DNA of 64,000 nucleotides from Gammaproteobacteria bacterium (GTDB lineage Bacteria > Pseudomonadota > Gammaproteobacteria > Eutrophobiales > Eutrophobiaceae): contig OZ220696.1 in NCBI GenBank assembly GCA_965116495.1, positions 1,504,001-1,568,000 on the forward strand, given 5' to 3'. Numbering within the stretch: the stretch's first letter is position 1; each line of letters opens with the position of its first letter. This document shows, one piece after another, positions 29,186 through 37,366 of the stretch. The position numbers were made by a program, and so were the translations under genes. Below the pieces are notes generated by a model. That model searched no databases. It was given only the letters and a program-made list of their open reading frames with translations, and was not told the DNA's origin.

Positions 29186-29259
29186 AATTCCTAATTCGTA
29201 ATTCCTAATTCGTAATTCGTAATTCCTAATTCGTAATTCCTAATTCCTAATTCGTAATT
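29186..29259. repeat. Heptamer array, right arm (inverted relative to left arm)
   Basis: 10 units of AATTCCT/AATTCGT, plus one more unit at 29172. Confidence 0.9.
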
Positions 29260-30590
29260 GTATTTATCACCTTGCGTACCGTGTCGAAGGTCTGGTCAAG
29301 CAGGTCCGGCGTGAATGTTAAAAACGGCGAGAACGCCAGGGTATCCATGCCGTGGCGCACCATCAGTCCCTGCTCAAAACATTTGACGTGGGCTTCCATT
29401 CCCCGGGCGCCCGGCGCGCCGGGACGCGGTTTCATTTCGATGGCGCCCATCAGGCCGAAATTACGTACGTCTATGACGTGGGGGGCATTCCGCAAGTCAT
29501 GCAACGCGGACTCAAAAATCGGTTCAAGCTCTCTCACCCTGGCGCCAATATCTTCCTCAACATAAATATCCAGCGCGGCGAGGCCTGCGGCTGCGGCTAC
29601 CGGGTGACCCGAATAGGTATAACCGTGGAAAAACTCGATGGCATGCTCGGGACCGTTCATGAAACTCCGGTAGATGTCATCACTGACCAGCACCGCGCCC
29701 ATGGGAATGACCCCGTTGGTAATCCCCTTGGCCGTGGTGATGATATCCGGCATCACGCCGAAGCGCTGGCAGCCGAATGGCGCGCCGATGCGATGGAACG
29801 CGGTAATCACTTCGTCAAATATCAGCAGGATACCGTGCTGCGTACAGATTTCCCGCAGGCGCTCCAGGTAACCCAGGGGTGGCACCAGCACGCCGGCTGA
29901 GCCGGATACGGGCTCCACGATTACCGCTGCAATATTTTCCGCATCATGCAACGCGACAATGCGTTCCAGTTCGTCGGCCAGGTGCCGGCCCCACTTGGGC
30001 TGGCCCTTGCTGAAGGCATTATGTTCCAGGTCAAGGACGTGGGGAAGATGGTCTACGTTCGGTAGCATGGCGTTGCCGAACATCTTGCGGTTTCCCGGGA
30101 TACCGCCCACCGACATCCCGCCGAAGTTGACACCATGGTAACCTCTCTCTCGCCCGATCAGCTTGATCCGGGTCCCGTCCCCGCGCACCCGGTGCCAGCC
30201 CAAGGCAATCTTCAAAGCGGTGTCTACGGCTTCCGAACCGGAATTGGTGAAGAACACATGGTCAAACCCGTCCGGCGCGAAATTGATTACCTTCTCTGCC
30301 AGTTCGAACGCCCCGGTATGGCCCACCTGGAAGGCTGCAGCGTAATCCAGCCTGGCAACCTGGTCCTGCACCGCCTTGACGATCCTGGGATGGCAGTGGC
30401 CCAGGCCGGTGCTCCATAACCCTGAAAAGGAATCCAGGACAGTCCGCCCTTCCCGGGTCCGGTAATAAAACCCCTGAGCGGACTCGATGATACGCGGGTC
30501 GTTCTTGAAGGCGCGATTCGCCGTATAGGGCAGCCAGTATGGCTCCAGGTTCAACTTAGTGCCGGTAACCGGCTTTGCAATATCGTCCAT
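29247..30590 (-). CDS. Omega-amino acid:pyruvate aminotransferase (class III, BauA-like)
   Basis: FFTNSGSEAVDTALK, YHGVNFGG, LIFDEVIT, TTAKG, HGYTYSGHP. Confidence 0.93.
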   Translation of the reverse strand: MDDIAKPVTGTKLNLEPYWLPYTANRAFKNDPRIIESAQGFYYRTREGRTVLDSFSGLWSTGLGHCHPRIVKAVQDQVARLDYAAAFQVGHTGAFELAEKVINFAPDGFDHVFFTNSGSEAVDTALKIALGWHRVRGDGTRIKLIGRERGYHGVNFGGMSVGGIPGNRKMFGNAMLPNVDHLPHVLDLEHNAFSKGQPKWGRHLADELERIVALHDAENIAAVIVEPVSGSAGVLVPPLGYLERLREICTQHGILLIFDEVITAFHRIGAPFGCQRFGVMPDIITTAKGITNGVIPMGAVLVSDDIYRSFMNGPEHAIEFFHGYTYSGHPVAAAAGLAALDIYVEEDIGARVRELEPIFESALHDLRNAPHVIDVRNFGLMGAIEMKPRPGAPGARGMEAHVKCFEQGLMVRHGMDTLAFSPFLTFTPDLLDQTFDTVRKVINTITN

Positions 30591-30721
30591 TAAACCAATT
30601 AAACAGAAACAGGTAATAAAAAGATAGCTGATTTAACCCGAAGAATAAAGACACGGGCGCGGATTAACAATACAATGTTTCCTCGCAGGAATTTATCCTT
30701 AATCGACACATTTAAGGCTGG

Positions 30722-31972
30722 ATGAACATGAGCGCAGTTATCAAGACCGATATTGACCGAATGATTGCCGGCTACCGCGACGGCCATTCCCTGGAGCAGC
30801 CATTTTACCTGTCGCCGGACATCTTTGCCCATGACATGGAGCGCCTGCTTTTCCGCAGATGGCTCCTGGTCGACCATGAATCACGCATCCCCGACAAGGG
30901 CGACTATTTCCTGTTTTACATTGCAAACGAGTCCCTCATCATCATTCGCGAGTCCGATGACAGGGTCAATGCTTTTTTCAACGTCTGCCGGCATCGCGGT
31001 TCGCGGGTGTGCCTGGAACAGCAGGGCAATAAAAGACTGCTCACCTGCCCCTACCACGCCTGGACCTACGACCTGAACGGGGAATTGCGGCCGCCGCAGT
31101 TGATGCCGGATGGTTTTGACAGGTCGCAACACAACCTGCATAAATGCCATGTGACCGTCTTCCACGGCTTTATCTTCGTGTGCCTGTCCGGGGATACTCC
31201 GCCTGATTTTGCCGAGGAATACGCACCCTTCGAAGAAATGCTGGGTTTTCACGGGTTCAAGGACGCGAAGATCGCAGTGAAGCGTGATTATCCGAACCGC
31301 TGCAACTGGAAACTGGTGGTGGAAAACTTTCTCGAATGCTACCACTGCGCCCCGTCGCACCCGGAATATTGCAGTGTCCATCCGCCCGACCAGTTGCTGG
31401 CGCTGGGGGCAGGTCCGGGCTCGGGCCCCGAGGAAGCCGTGGAGAAATACCAGCCCATACTGGATGAATGGACGGAAAAGACCCTGGCTATGGGCCACCC
31501 CGTCCCTGAGTTTGAACGGGATGAGTATTCCATTGATTTTGCACAGCTATCAAGAGTCCCGATCAATGACCGCAACTTTGCCTCGGAGACCCGGGACGGT
31601 AAACCCGGTTGCAGGAAACTGATGGGCGAATTCAGGGAATGCGATCACGGGGAAACGGCTTTCGTATTCAACCCGACCAATTACATCCTTGCGTTCAACG
31701 ATTTTGCGCTCATGGTGCGCTTCACGCCGCGGGATACCGTCAATACCGACGTGCAGTTCAGTTGGCTGGTGCACAAGGATGCCGAGGAAGGCGTGGATTA
31801 TGACCCGGAAAACCTGACCTGGGTGTGGCACGTGACCACACTACAAGACAAGAAGATCACCGAAGACAATAACGCAGGGATCATGTCCAGCCGTTACCGG
31901 CCCGGCCCTTATTCCATGCATGAAGGTAAGGTTGCGACGTTTATCCGCTGGTATTTGCACGGCATACGCTGA
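30722..31972 (+). CDS. Rieske non-haem iron oxygenase alpha subunit (GbcA/Stc2 betaine demethylase-like)
   Basis: CRHRG...CPYHAW; NWKLVVENFLECYHC..H; WLVHKDAEEGVDYD; Y.PGPYS. Confidence 0.9.
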   Translation: MNMSAVIKTDIDRMIAGYRDGHSLEQPFYLSPDIFAHDMERLLFRRWLLVDHESRIPDKGDYFLFYIANESLIIIRESDDRVNAFFNVCRHRGSRVCLEQQGNKRLLTCPYHAWTYDLNGELRPPQLMPDGFDRSQHNLHKCHVTVFHGFIFVCLSGDTPPDFAEEYAPFEEMLGFHGFKDAKIAVKRDYPNRCNWKLVVENFLECYHCAPSHPEYCSVHPPDQLLALGAGPGSGPEEAVEKYQPILDEWTEKTLAMGHPVPEFERDEYSIDFAQLSRVPINDRNFASETRDGKPGCRKLMGEFRECDHGETAFVFNPTNYILAFNDFALMVRFTPRDTVNTDVQFSWLVHKDAEEGVDYDPENLTWVWHVTTLQDKKITEDNNAGIMSSRYRPGPYSMHEGKVATFIRWYLHGIR

Positions 31973-32008
31973 TAAATACCGGGAAACACCAATGGGGAGG
32001 ACTCTACG

Positions 32009-32031
32009 GGGACGGATTTGAAATCCGTCCC
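32009..32031. repeat. GGGACGGA-type palindrome between convergent genes
   Basis: GGGACGGATTTGAAATCCGTCCC. Confidence 0.7.
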
Positions 32032-32033
32032 AT

Positions 32034-33185
32034 TTAACCGGCAAGCCGGGGCATGGTATCCGCCGGTTTGACAAGGATGAACGCCAGCGCGGCCAGCAGG
32101 CACAAGGCACAGGAAAACCAGCCGATGGCTGCGTAAGAGAACCAGGTTGCAATATAACCGCCGCAGGCGGGTCCGATTGCAAAGGTAAGCGATATGGCGC
32201 CGGCGGCCAGGGTGGCAGCGCGGCCACTCGGGTCCATGGCCGCGCCGGTGCCGATCATCAGGGGTAACAGGAACATATACGTCACCCAGTAAAGGTTGAC
32301 GCCGGTGATATAGCTGGTGCTGTCCGTAGCGCCCCCCAAAATCATATACCCCAGGCCCGCCAGGGCCAGGGCGAGTATTACGGGCCGCCTGCGGCCCCAC
32401 CTGTCACCCAGCCACCCGGCAAACAGCGAGCCTATCACACCGCTGACAGCGCCGGTTGCGATGATAAAGCCCGCTTCCTCGACGGAAAAACCCGCCTGCA
32501 GACCGAAGCGATAGGAAAAGCTCCAGATGGCGCCGGAACCGATATTGAAAAAGCCAATGCATAACAACAGGCCGGCCAGGGATTGCAGCGGCAAATCCGC
32601 TGTCTTGCCCGCCTCCGCTGCCTGCGCTTGCCCCTGCCCCAGCCATCTCATTACGGGAATCAGCATGATGACCAGCACACCCAGGGCAATATACGCGCCT
32701 TTATAGCCGGTGGCCGTAACCACCATGGCAAAACAGGGCAGGAGGACGACAATCGCCAGCAAACCGGCGGTAACCCCGTAACCCAGCACCCGGTCAGGGT
32801 TCGCGGTTGCCGCAGCGGCCATGGCTGCAGCCGCGTAGGCCAACCCGAGTCCGGCGCCGGCGATGACCCTCAAACCAACCAGCGGGTATAAACCGTCCAC
32901 GGCCGCGCTGAGAAACTGCGCCGCCACCGCGAGCAGGCAACCGAATACAGCCAGTTTCCTGTTGGATACTTTTCCGGCCAGCGGAGCAGCGGCCAGGGCC
33001 GCAATAGCCACGGCAAGCAATTCAACCGTTCCCAATACCCCGACTTCCGCTTCGGTAATTGCCAGGCCATCGATCAGGGCGCTGATAATAACCGGTATGG
33101 AATTGGCGCTCAACACGCCCAGGAACATGCCGAAGCTGATGGCGAGCAGGAGTCTTATCGGGATACGCTGATTGGCTGCCGTCAT
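32034..33185 (-). CDS. MFS transporter
   Basis: About 12 hydrophobic segments; GWLGDRWGRR motif. Confidence 0.88.
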   Translation of the reverse strand: MTAANQRIPIRLLLAISFGMFLGVLSANSIPVIISALIDGLAITEAEVGVLGTVELLAVAIAALAAAPLAGKVSNRKLAVFGCLLAVAAQFLSAAVDGLYPLVGLRVIAGAGLGLAYAAAAMAAAATANPDRVLGYGVTAGLLAIVVLLPCFAMVVTATGYKGAYIALGVLVIMLIPVMRWLGQGQAQAAEAGKTADLPLQSLAGLLLCIGFFNIGSGAIWSFSYRFGLQAGFSVEEAGFIIATGAVSGVIGSLFAGWLGDRWGRRRPVILALALAGLGYMILGGATDSTSYITGVNLYWVTYMFLLPLMIGTGAAMDPSGRAATLAAGAISLTFAIGPACGGYIATWFSYAAIGWFSCALCLLAALAFILVKPADTMPRLAG

Positions 33186-33237
33186 GGTAAGGACCGGACT
33201 AATGATGTTCCTTGCTGATTGCCTTGGAGTTTGGGGT

Positions 33238-33277
33238 GATATTTGGGGTCAGAGCATTTAGTCTGACCCCAAATATC
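33238..33277. repeat. GGGGTCAGA-family hairpin
   Basis: GATATTTGGGGTCAGA-8 nt-TCTGACCCCAAATATC. Confidence 0.75.
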
Positions 33278-34322
33278 AATCAGTGAAAAGCGTTTCGTGG
33301 TGCTCCCTGAGAAACCTGGTGCGGTAATCCTTGACCACATCCTCAGCCCCCAGGACCGCATGCTTTGCAATATCCGGCGAGTACCGGCTTGCCGGGACTT
33401 CCTTACCAATCGCTTCGGCCATGGCCCGGACATGGTGCGGGGCGCCGCCGCAACAGACGCCGATATAGCGCACACCCAGGTCTCTGGCGGCCAGGGCAAA
33501 CTCCGCCATCTCAGAACGGGTCAACACGAACGGGTCCAGTTCTGCCGGGAATCCCGCTTCCCTGCCCTCCTGTTTCAGGTCGATAAAAGTCAGGTGATCC
33601 GTATCAGTCCGGTAGGCAACAGGTAGCGCCGCAACGGGACACTGGACGCTTTCGACGACCTTGGCCAATACCGGCAGCAAGGTGGCCGGTCCCCGTCCGC
33701 AATTCAATCCCACCACGTCGGCGCCTTTATCACTCAAGATCCGGCAGGCATCGTCAAAGGCATAGCCGTCCGCCGTCGTGGGTGTCACGGCCGTAAAGGT
33801 AATCACGGCAGGCAGGTTGTAACTATTGATCACGTCGAGTGCAATGTCTGCTTCCGCAAACCAGTCGAAGGTTTCCGCCACGACGTAATCGACACCCTCA
33901 TCCACCGCCCAGGAGAGTTGCTCCTCGTACATGGCGCGTACCTGCTTGCCGGTCTCCAGCGGGTTGCCGGGATCATAGACCCAGGTATTGCAGATATTCG
34001 CGGCGACCAGCTTGCCCGACTCGCGGGCCACCTCCCCGGCCAACCTGACGGCCTGGCGGTTCAACCTTTCGGCATCGAGTTCACGTCCCACTACTTTCAT
34101 CTTGTCCCGGTGTGCATAGTACGTCAGCGCCAGCACCACGTCCGAACCTGCGCGCACGAATTCCCGGTGCAATTCCTTGACTGCCTCGGGAAAATCGAGC
34201 ACCACCTCAGGTACATATGGGCCTGATTTTACATAGCCCCGCCGTTCCAGTTCGAACACATAGCCTTCGGCGCAGATGAGGATGTCATCTTGCAGTTTTT
34301 CGAGAAGAGTATTTGTATCCAT
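33276..34322 (-). CDS. Homocysteine S-methyltransferase family protein (BHMT-like)
   Basis: AEGYVFELERRGY, VVGLNC, IGVCCG Zn ligands; probable start ATG 34322. Confidence 0.9.
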   Translation of the reverse strand: MDTNTLLEKLQDDILICAEGYVFELERRGYVKSGPYVPEVVLDFPEAVKELHREFVRAGSDVVLALTYYAHRDKMKVVGRELDAERLNRQAVRLAGEVARESGKLVAANICNTWVYDPGNPLETGKQVRAMYEEQLSWAVDEGVDYVVAETFDWFAEADIALDVINSYNLPAVITFTAVTPTTADGYAFDDACRILSDKGADVVGLNCGRGPATLLPVLAKVVESVQCPVAALPVAYRTDTDHLTFIDLKQEGREAGFPAELDPFVLTRSEMAEFALAARDLGVRYIGVCCGGAPHHVRAMAEAIGKEVPASRYSPDIAKHAVLGAEDVVKDYRTRFLREHHETLFTD

Positions 34323-34372
34323 TGTTTCCAACCTTTTAAAAGTCAAAATTGTAAAATCAATGTAACATTGAT

Positions 34373-34439
34373 GGGGTCAGAGTAAAATCTTAAGGAACAT
34401 TGCCGATGGCAGGATTCGGGGTGATTTTACTCTGACCCC
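34373..34439. repeat. 67-bp hairpin element, copy 1
   Basis: Terminal inverted repeats GGGGTCAGAGTAAAATC / GATTTTACTCTGACCCC. Confidence 0.85.
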
Positions 34440-34448
34440 TGAATTTGA

Positions 34449-35546
34449 TTGAGAGCTTATCACGTTATGCAGGAAATCCGGGTCAATACTGATAAGAGCT
34501 ATTCTTCTTCGGCCAGAACCGCATTAAGCGGGGACGACAAGTCACTGGTCAAGACTTTTGAGCATATCCGTTCGGGACAGGATTTACCCGAAATCGTGCG
34601 CGTGGAAGATCACGATAACCTGATTTGCAGCAGACGGATTACGCTTGCGCCGGAGGAAGGATCCGGTTACTGGGAATTCATCCATCTCTCGCCCGATCTC
34701 TACCTCATCGCATCGGACTTCCAGTACCGGGAGACCCGAGTGGAAACCGTCAAGGGAGAAGGATTGCTTGACCTTCATTTCAAGGTCTCCGGCGAACTGT
34801 TGCTGGAACTCGATCCTGAAAATAAATTGAGTGTACGCGGCCCGTCATTACTCATCTGGAACCAACCAACAGATATAACATGCAAGGAATGGATCGTGGG
34901 CGGCGCACATGAATCCTCATTCACTCTCTATTGCAGGCCTGGGTTATTTTTGAACCAGCTCGGAATGGACAGGAACAGGTTGCCGGGGATCATCAATTCG
35001 TTCCTGGATGGGAAAAACAAGACGACTGAATATGAAATTATCAATCTCAACCCGGCAATGGCATTTTCCATCACGAGTTTTCTGCGCTCCGGTTTTACCA
35101 GCAAGTTTCATTTGTTGCACGCCAAGTCGAAAGCCTATCAGCTGTTATGCGATACGCTGCAGTTTCTCTGCACGGCAGACATCGATGATGATAAAAATAT
35201 CAAGTCGCTCTCTTCTTATGAAAATATGCGTCTGCAGGAGGCGCGGGACATAATGTCCACTCAATTCAACCCGCCGCCCACAATCAGGGAACTTGCCAGG
35301 ACGGTCGGGCTGAACGAGACCAAACTCAAACGCGGCTTCAAACAGTTGTTCGGCGCCACGATTCACGATTACGGAAATTATCACCGCATGCAGAAAGCGC
35401 TGGAACTGCTGCAAACTACGGAAATGTCCATTACCGATGTGGGGCAGACAGTCGGCTACGAATACCAGACCAGTTTCACTGCGGCGGTAAAACATTTCTT
35501 CGGGGTGACGCCGAGACAACTAAGAAGCAGGGCGAAAAGGAATTAG
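34449..35546 (+). CDS. AraC-family regulator (PchR-like C-terminus; start uncertain)
   Basis: PPTIRELARTVGLNETKLKRGFKQLFG; VGYEYQTSF...FG.TP. Confidence 0.9.
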   Translation: MRAYHVMQEIRVNTDKSYSSSARTALSGDDKSLVKTFEHIRSGQDLPEIVRVEDHDNLICSRRITLAPEEGSGYWEFIHLSPDLYLIASDFQYRETRVETVKGEGLLDLHFKVSGELLLELDPENKLSVRGPSLLIWNQPTDITCKEWIVGGAHESSFTLYCRPGLFLNQLGMDRNRLPGIINSFLDGKNKTTEYEIINLNPAMAFSITSFLRSGFTSKFHLLHAKSKAYQLLCDTLQFLCTADIDDDKNIKSLSSYENMRLQEARDIMSTQFNPPPTIRELARTVGLNETKLKRGFKQLFGATIHDYGNYHRMQKALELLQTTEMSITDVGQTVGYEYQTSFTAAVKHFFGVTPRQLRSRAKRN

Positions 35547-35565
35547 TCAGAAATCGCGCCCCGTT

Positions 35566-35707
35566 CGTCATTCCTGCGAATGCAGGAATCCAGTGGGCAA
35601 TAAAACTCCTCATAAGGAGTGTTTTTTCACTGGATTCCCGCTTGCGCGGGAATGACGGACGAGAAGGAATGTTTTTTCACTGGATTCCCGCCTGCGCGGG
35701 AATGACG
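35566..35707. repeat. REP-like cluster (GTCATTCC...GGAATCCAG family)
   Basis: CGTCATTCCTGCGAATGCAGGAATCCAG, then two inverted CTGGATTCCCGCyTGCGCGGGAATGACG units 50 bp apart. Confidence 0.85.
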
Positions 35708-35733
35708 AACGAGATGGCTAATGACGAAATTCC

Positions 35734-35800
35734 GGGGTCAGAGTAAAATCACCATCAATCCTGCCATCGACCTCGATAATGGCGATTTTACTCTGACCCC
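35734..35800. repeat. 67-bp hairpin element, copy 2 (opposite orientation)
   Basis: Same terminal repeats; its core AATCCTGCCATCG matches the reverse complement of the copy 1 core. Confidence 0.85.
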
Positions 35801-35802
35801 AC

Positions 35803-37236
35803 CTATCTGGTTTTTAGTCTGACCCCATTGATTTTGACAATGAGCTGGTGGGTGATCAAGCCCGCGATGAAGCTGGGGGCTGCTTCGAGGACATGCTGAC
35901 TCAGCCCGAACTGGCGCCAGAATAATGCCGTCAACAAGGCCGCTGCGAGTCCGACGAGCAGCGCAGATACCGAGGTGCGCCAGCGCATCAAGGTTATAAA
36001 AAAGGCCAGACCGACAGTTCCCCCCAATGCTGATGCCGTCATGACAATGACGTCGAATACATTGGTGCTGCCCCTGAGGAGAATAGCGGCTGTACCTACG
36101 GCACAGGAAACGAAAATTGTAACCATGGCCTGGTAGCGCAAGCCGAAGCGCCTGGTCATGCGCTGGTAAAACCCCGGAGATACATCCACGGCAAACGAAC
36201 TTGATACCACCAGTATCTGCCCGTCCAGCGTGGATGCTACCGATGCGAAGATCCCTGCCATGACCGCGCCACTGATTACAGGATGGAGGTAATCCTGAGA
36301 AAACACCGGCAATGCCTGCTCCGGATCTCCAATCTCCGGCAATAACACGTTCATCAGCAAACCGAAAAGGCTCATACTCCACCAGGTCGCCTGCATGAAG
36401 CCCATATAAATCCAGCGGCTTTTTACCGCTTCTTCCGGACTTCTGGCAGCCATGATGCGCACGAGCAGGTTGGGGGTACCCATATTGAAAGTGAAAGCCG
36501 CGCCCGCAAATCCCGAGAAAAACAGCAGCGAGAGCCACCAGGACTGCCCGACCTTGAAAGACAGCAATTCCGGATGCGTCGATTGCAGCGTTTCAAGCAA
36601 CTGCGCAGGACCGCCGCCAAACCAGGTGGCTACTGAGAGCATGCCTATCGTAGTCATAAGCATCACCAGCGCCTGAAAGAACTGTGTAGGTATCGACGAC
36701 TCGAGGCCACCCTTCGCCGAATAGGCCAGTATTACCACCCCGGATATGATTATCGCGGCCGGCGTGGAAACGTCAAAAACGACGCTGACGGCTTTCCCCA
36801 CTGCCAGGTACTGGCCCACTGCATAGCCGCCAACGAGTACGATAATGGCAACGGCCAGGTATTTCCTGATTACGGAATCCCGACGTTCGGTGGCACTCTC
36901 GCTGATAAATTCAGGGACAGTGTTACAGTTATGGTCACGGGAGCGCCGGTTAATACGACCGGGGAATAAATTCCAGAACATCAGGTCGCCAAAAAACCAG
37001 CCCAGGGGCATCATAAGCGCGAGCACGCCCATGGTATACCCGGCGCCGACCGCCCCGATCATGATAAAACCGCTTACTGCCGAAGACGCGGCGCTCAAGG
37101 CAACCATGAACCTGCCGTGCGTGCGGCCGGCCATCAGGTAATCCTCGACGCTGTGTTTCCGTTTGCGCCTGGCGGAGATATTGCCCACCGCCACCATGAG
37201 CATGATAAAGAAGCAGAAACTTAGCGCTATAGCCAT
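35803..37236 (-). CDS. Sodium:solute symporter (PutP-like)
   Basis: DYLMAGR, ALSAASSAVSGF, Y.AKGG, ASTLDGQIL. Confidence 0.9.
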   Translation of the reverse strand: MAIALSFCFFIMLMVAVGNISARRKRKHSVEDYLMAGRTHGRFMVALSAASSAVSGFIMIGAVGAGYTMGVLALMMPLGWFFGDLMFWNLFPGRINRRSRDHNCNTVPEFISESATERRDSVIRKYLAVAIIVLVGGYAVGQYLAVGKAVSVVFDVSTPAAIIISGVVILAYSAKGGLESSIPTQFFQALVMLMTTIGMLSVATWFGGGPAQLLETLQSTHPELLSFKVGQSWWLSLLFFSGFAGAAFTFNMGTPNLLVRIMAARSPEEAVKSRWIYMGFMQATWWSMSLFGLLMNVLLPEIGDPEQALPVFSQDYLHPVISGAVMAGIFASVASTLDGQILVVSSSFAVDVSPGFYQRMTRRFGLRYQAMVTIFVSCAVGTAAILLRGSTNVFDVIVMTASALGGTVGLAFFITLMRWRTSVSALLVGLAAALLTALFWRQFGLSQHVLEAAPSFIAGLITHQLIVKINGVRLKTR

Positions 37237-37366
37237 TCTGATTTAACTCAATAATGGCGCCAATATTCCATCTCCGTCCGTCATTCCTGCGGAGGTTGCC
37301 TGATTCCTGCGTCCACAGAAATGGCGAACGGAGGGGAAGAACGGAAAAGTGTGCTGACCCTGCATA

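Noticed and set aside
35566-35707. Possible mini-CRISPR
   Set aside because: Units are in inverted orientation and the flanks are duplicated rather than unique spacers.
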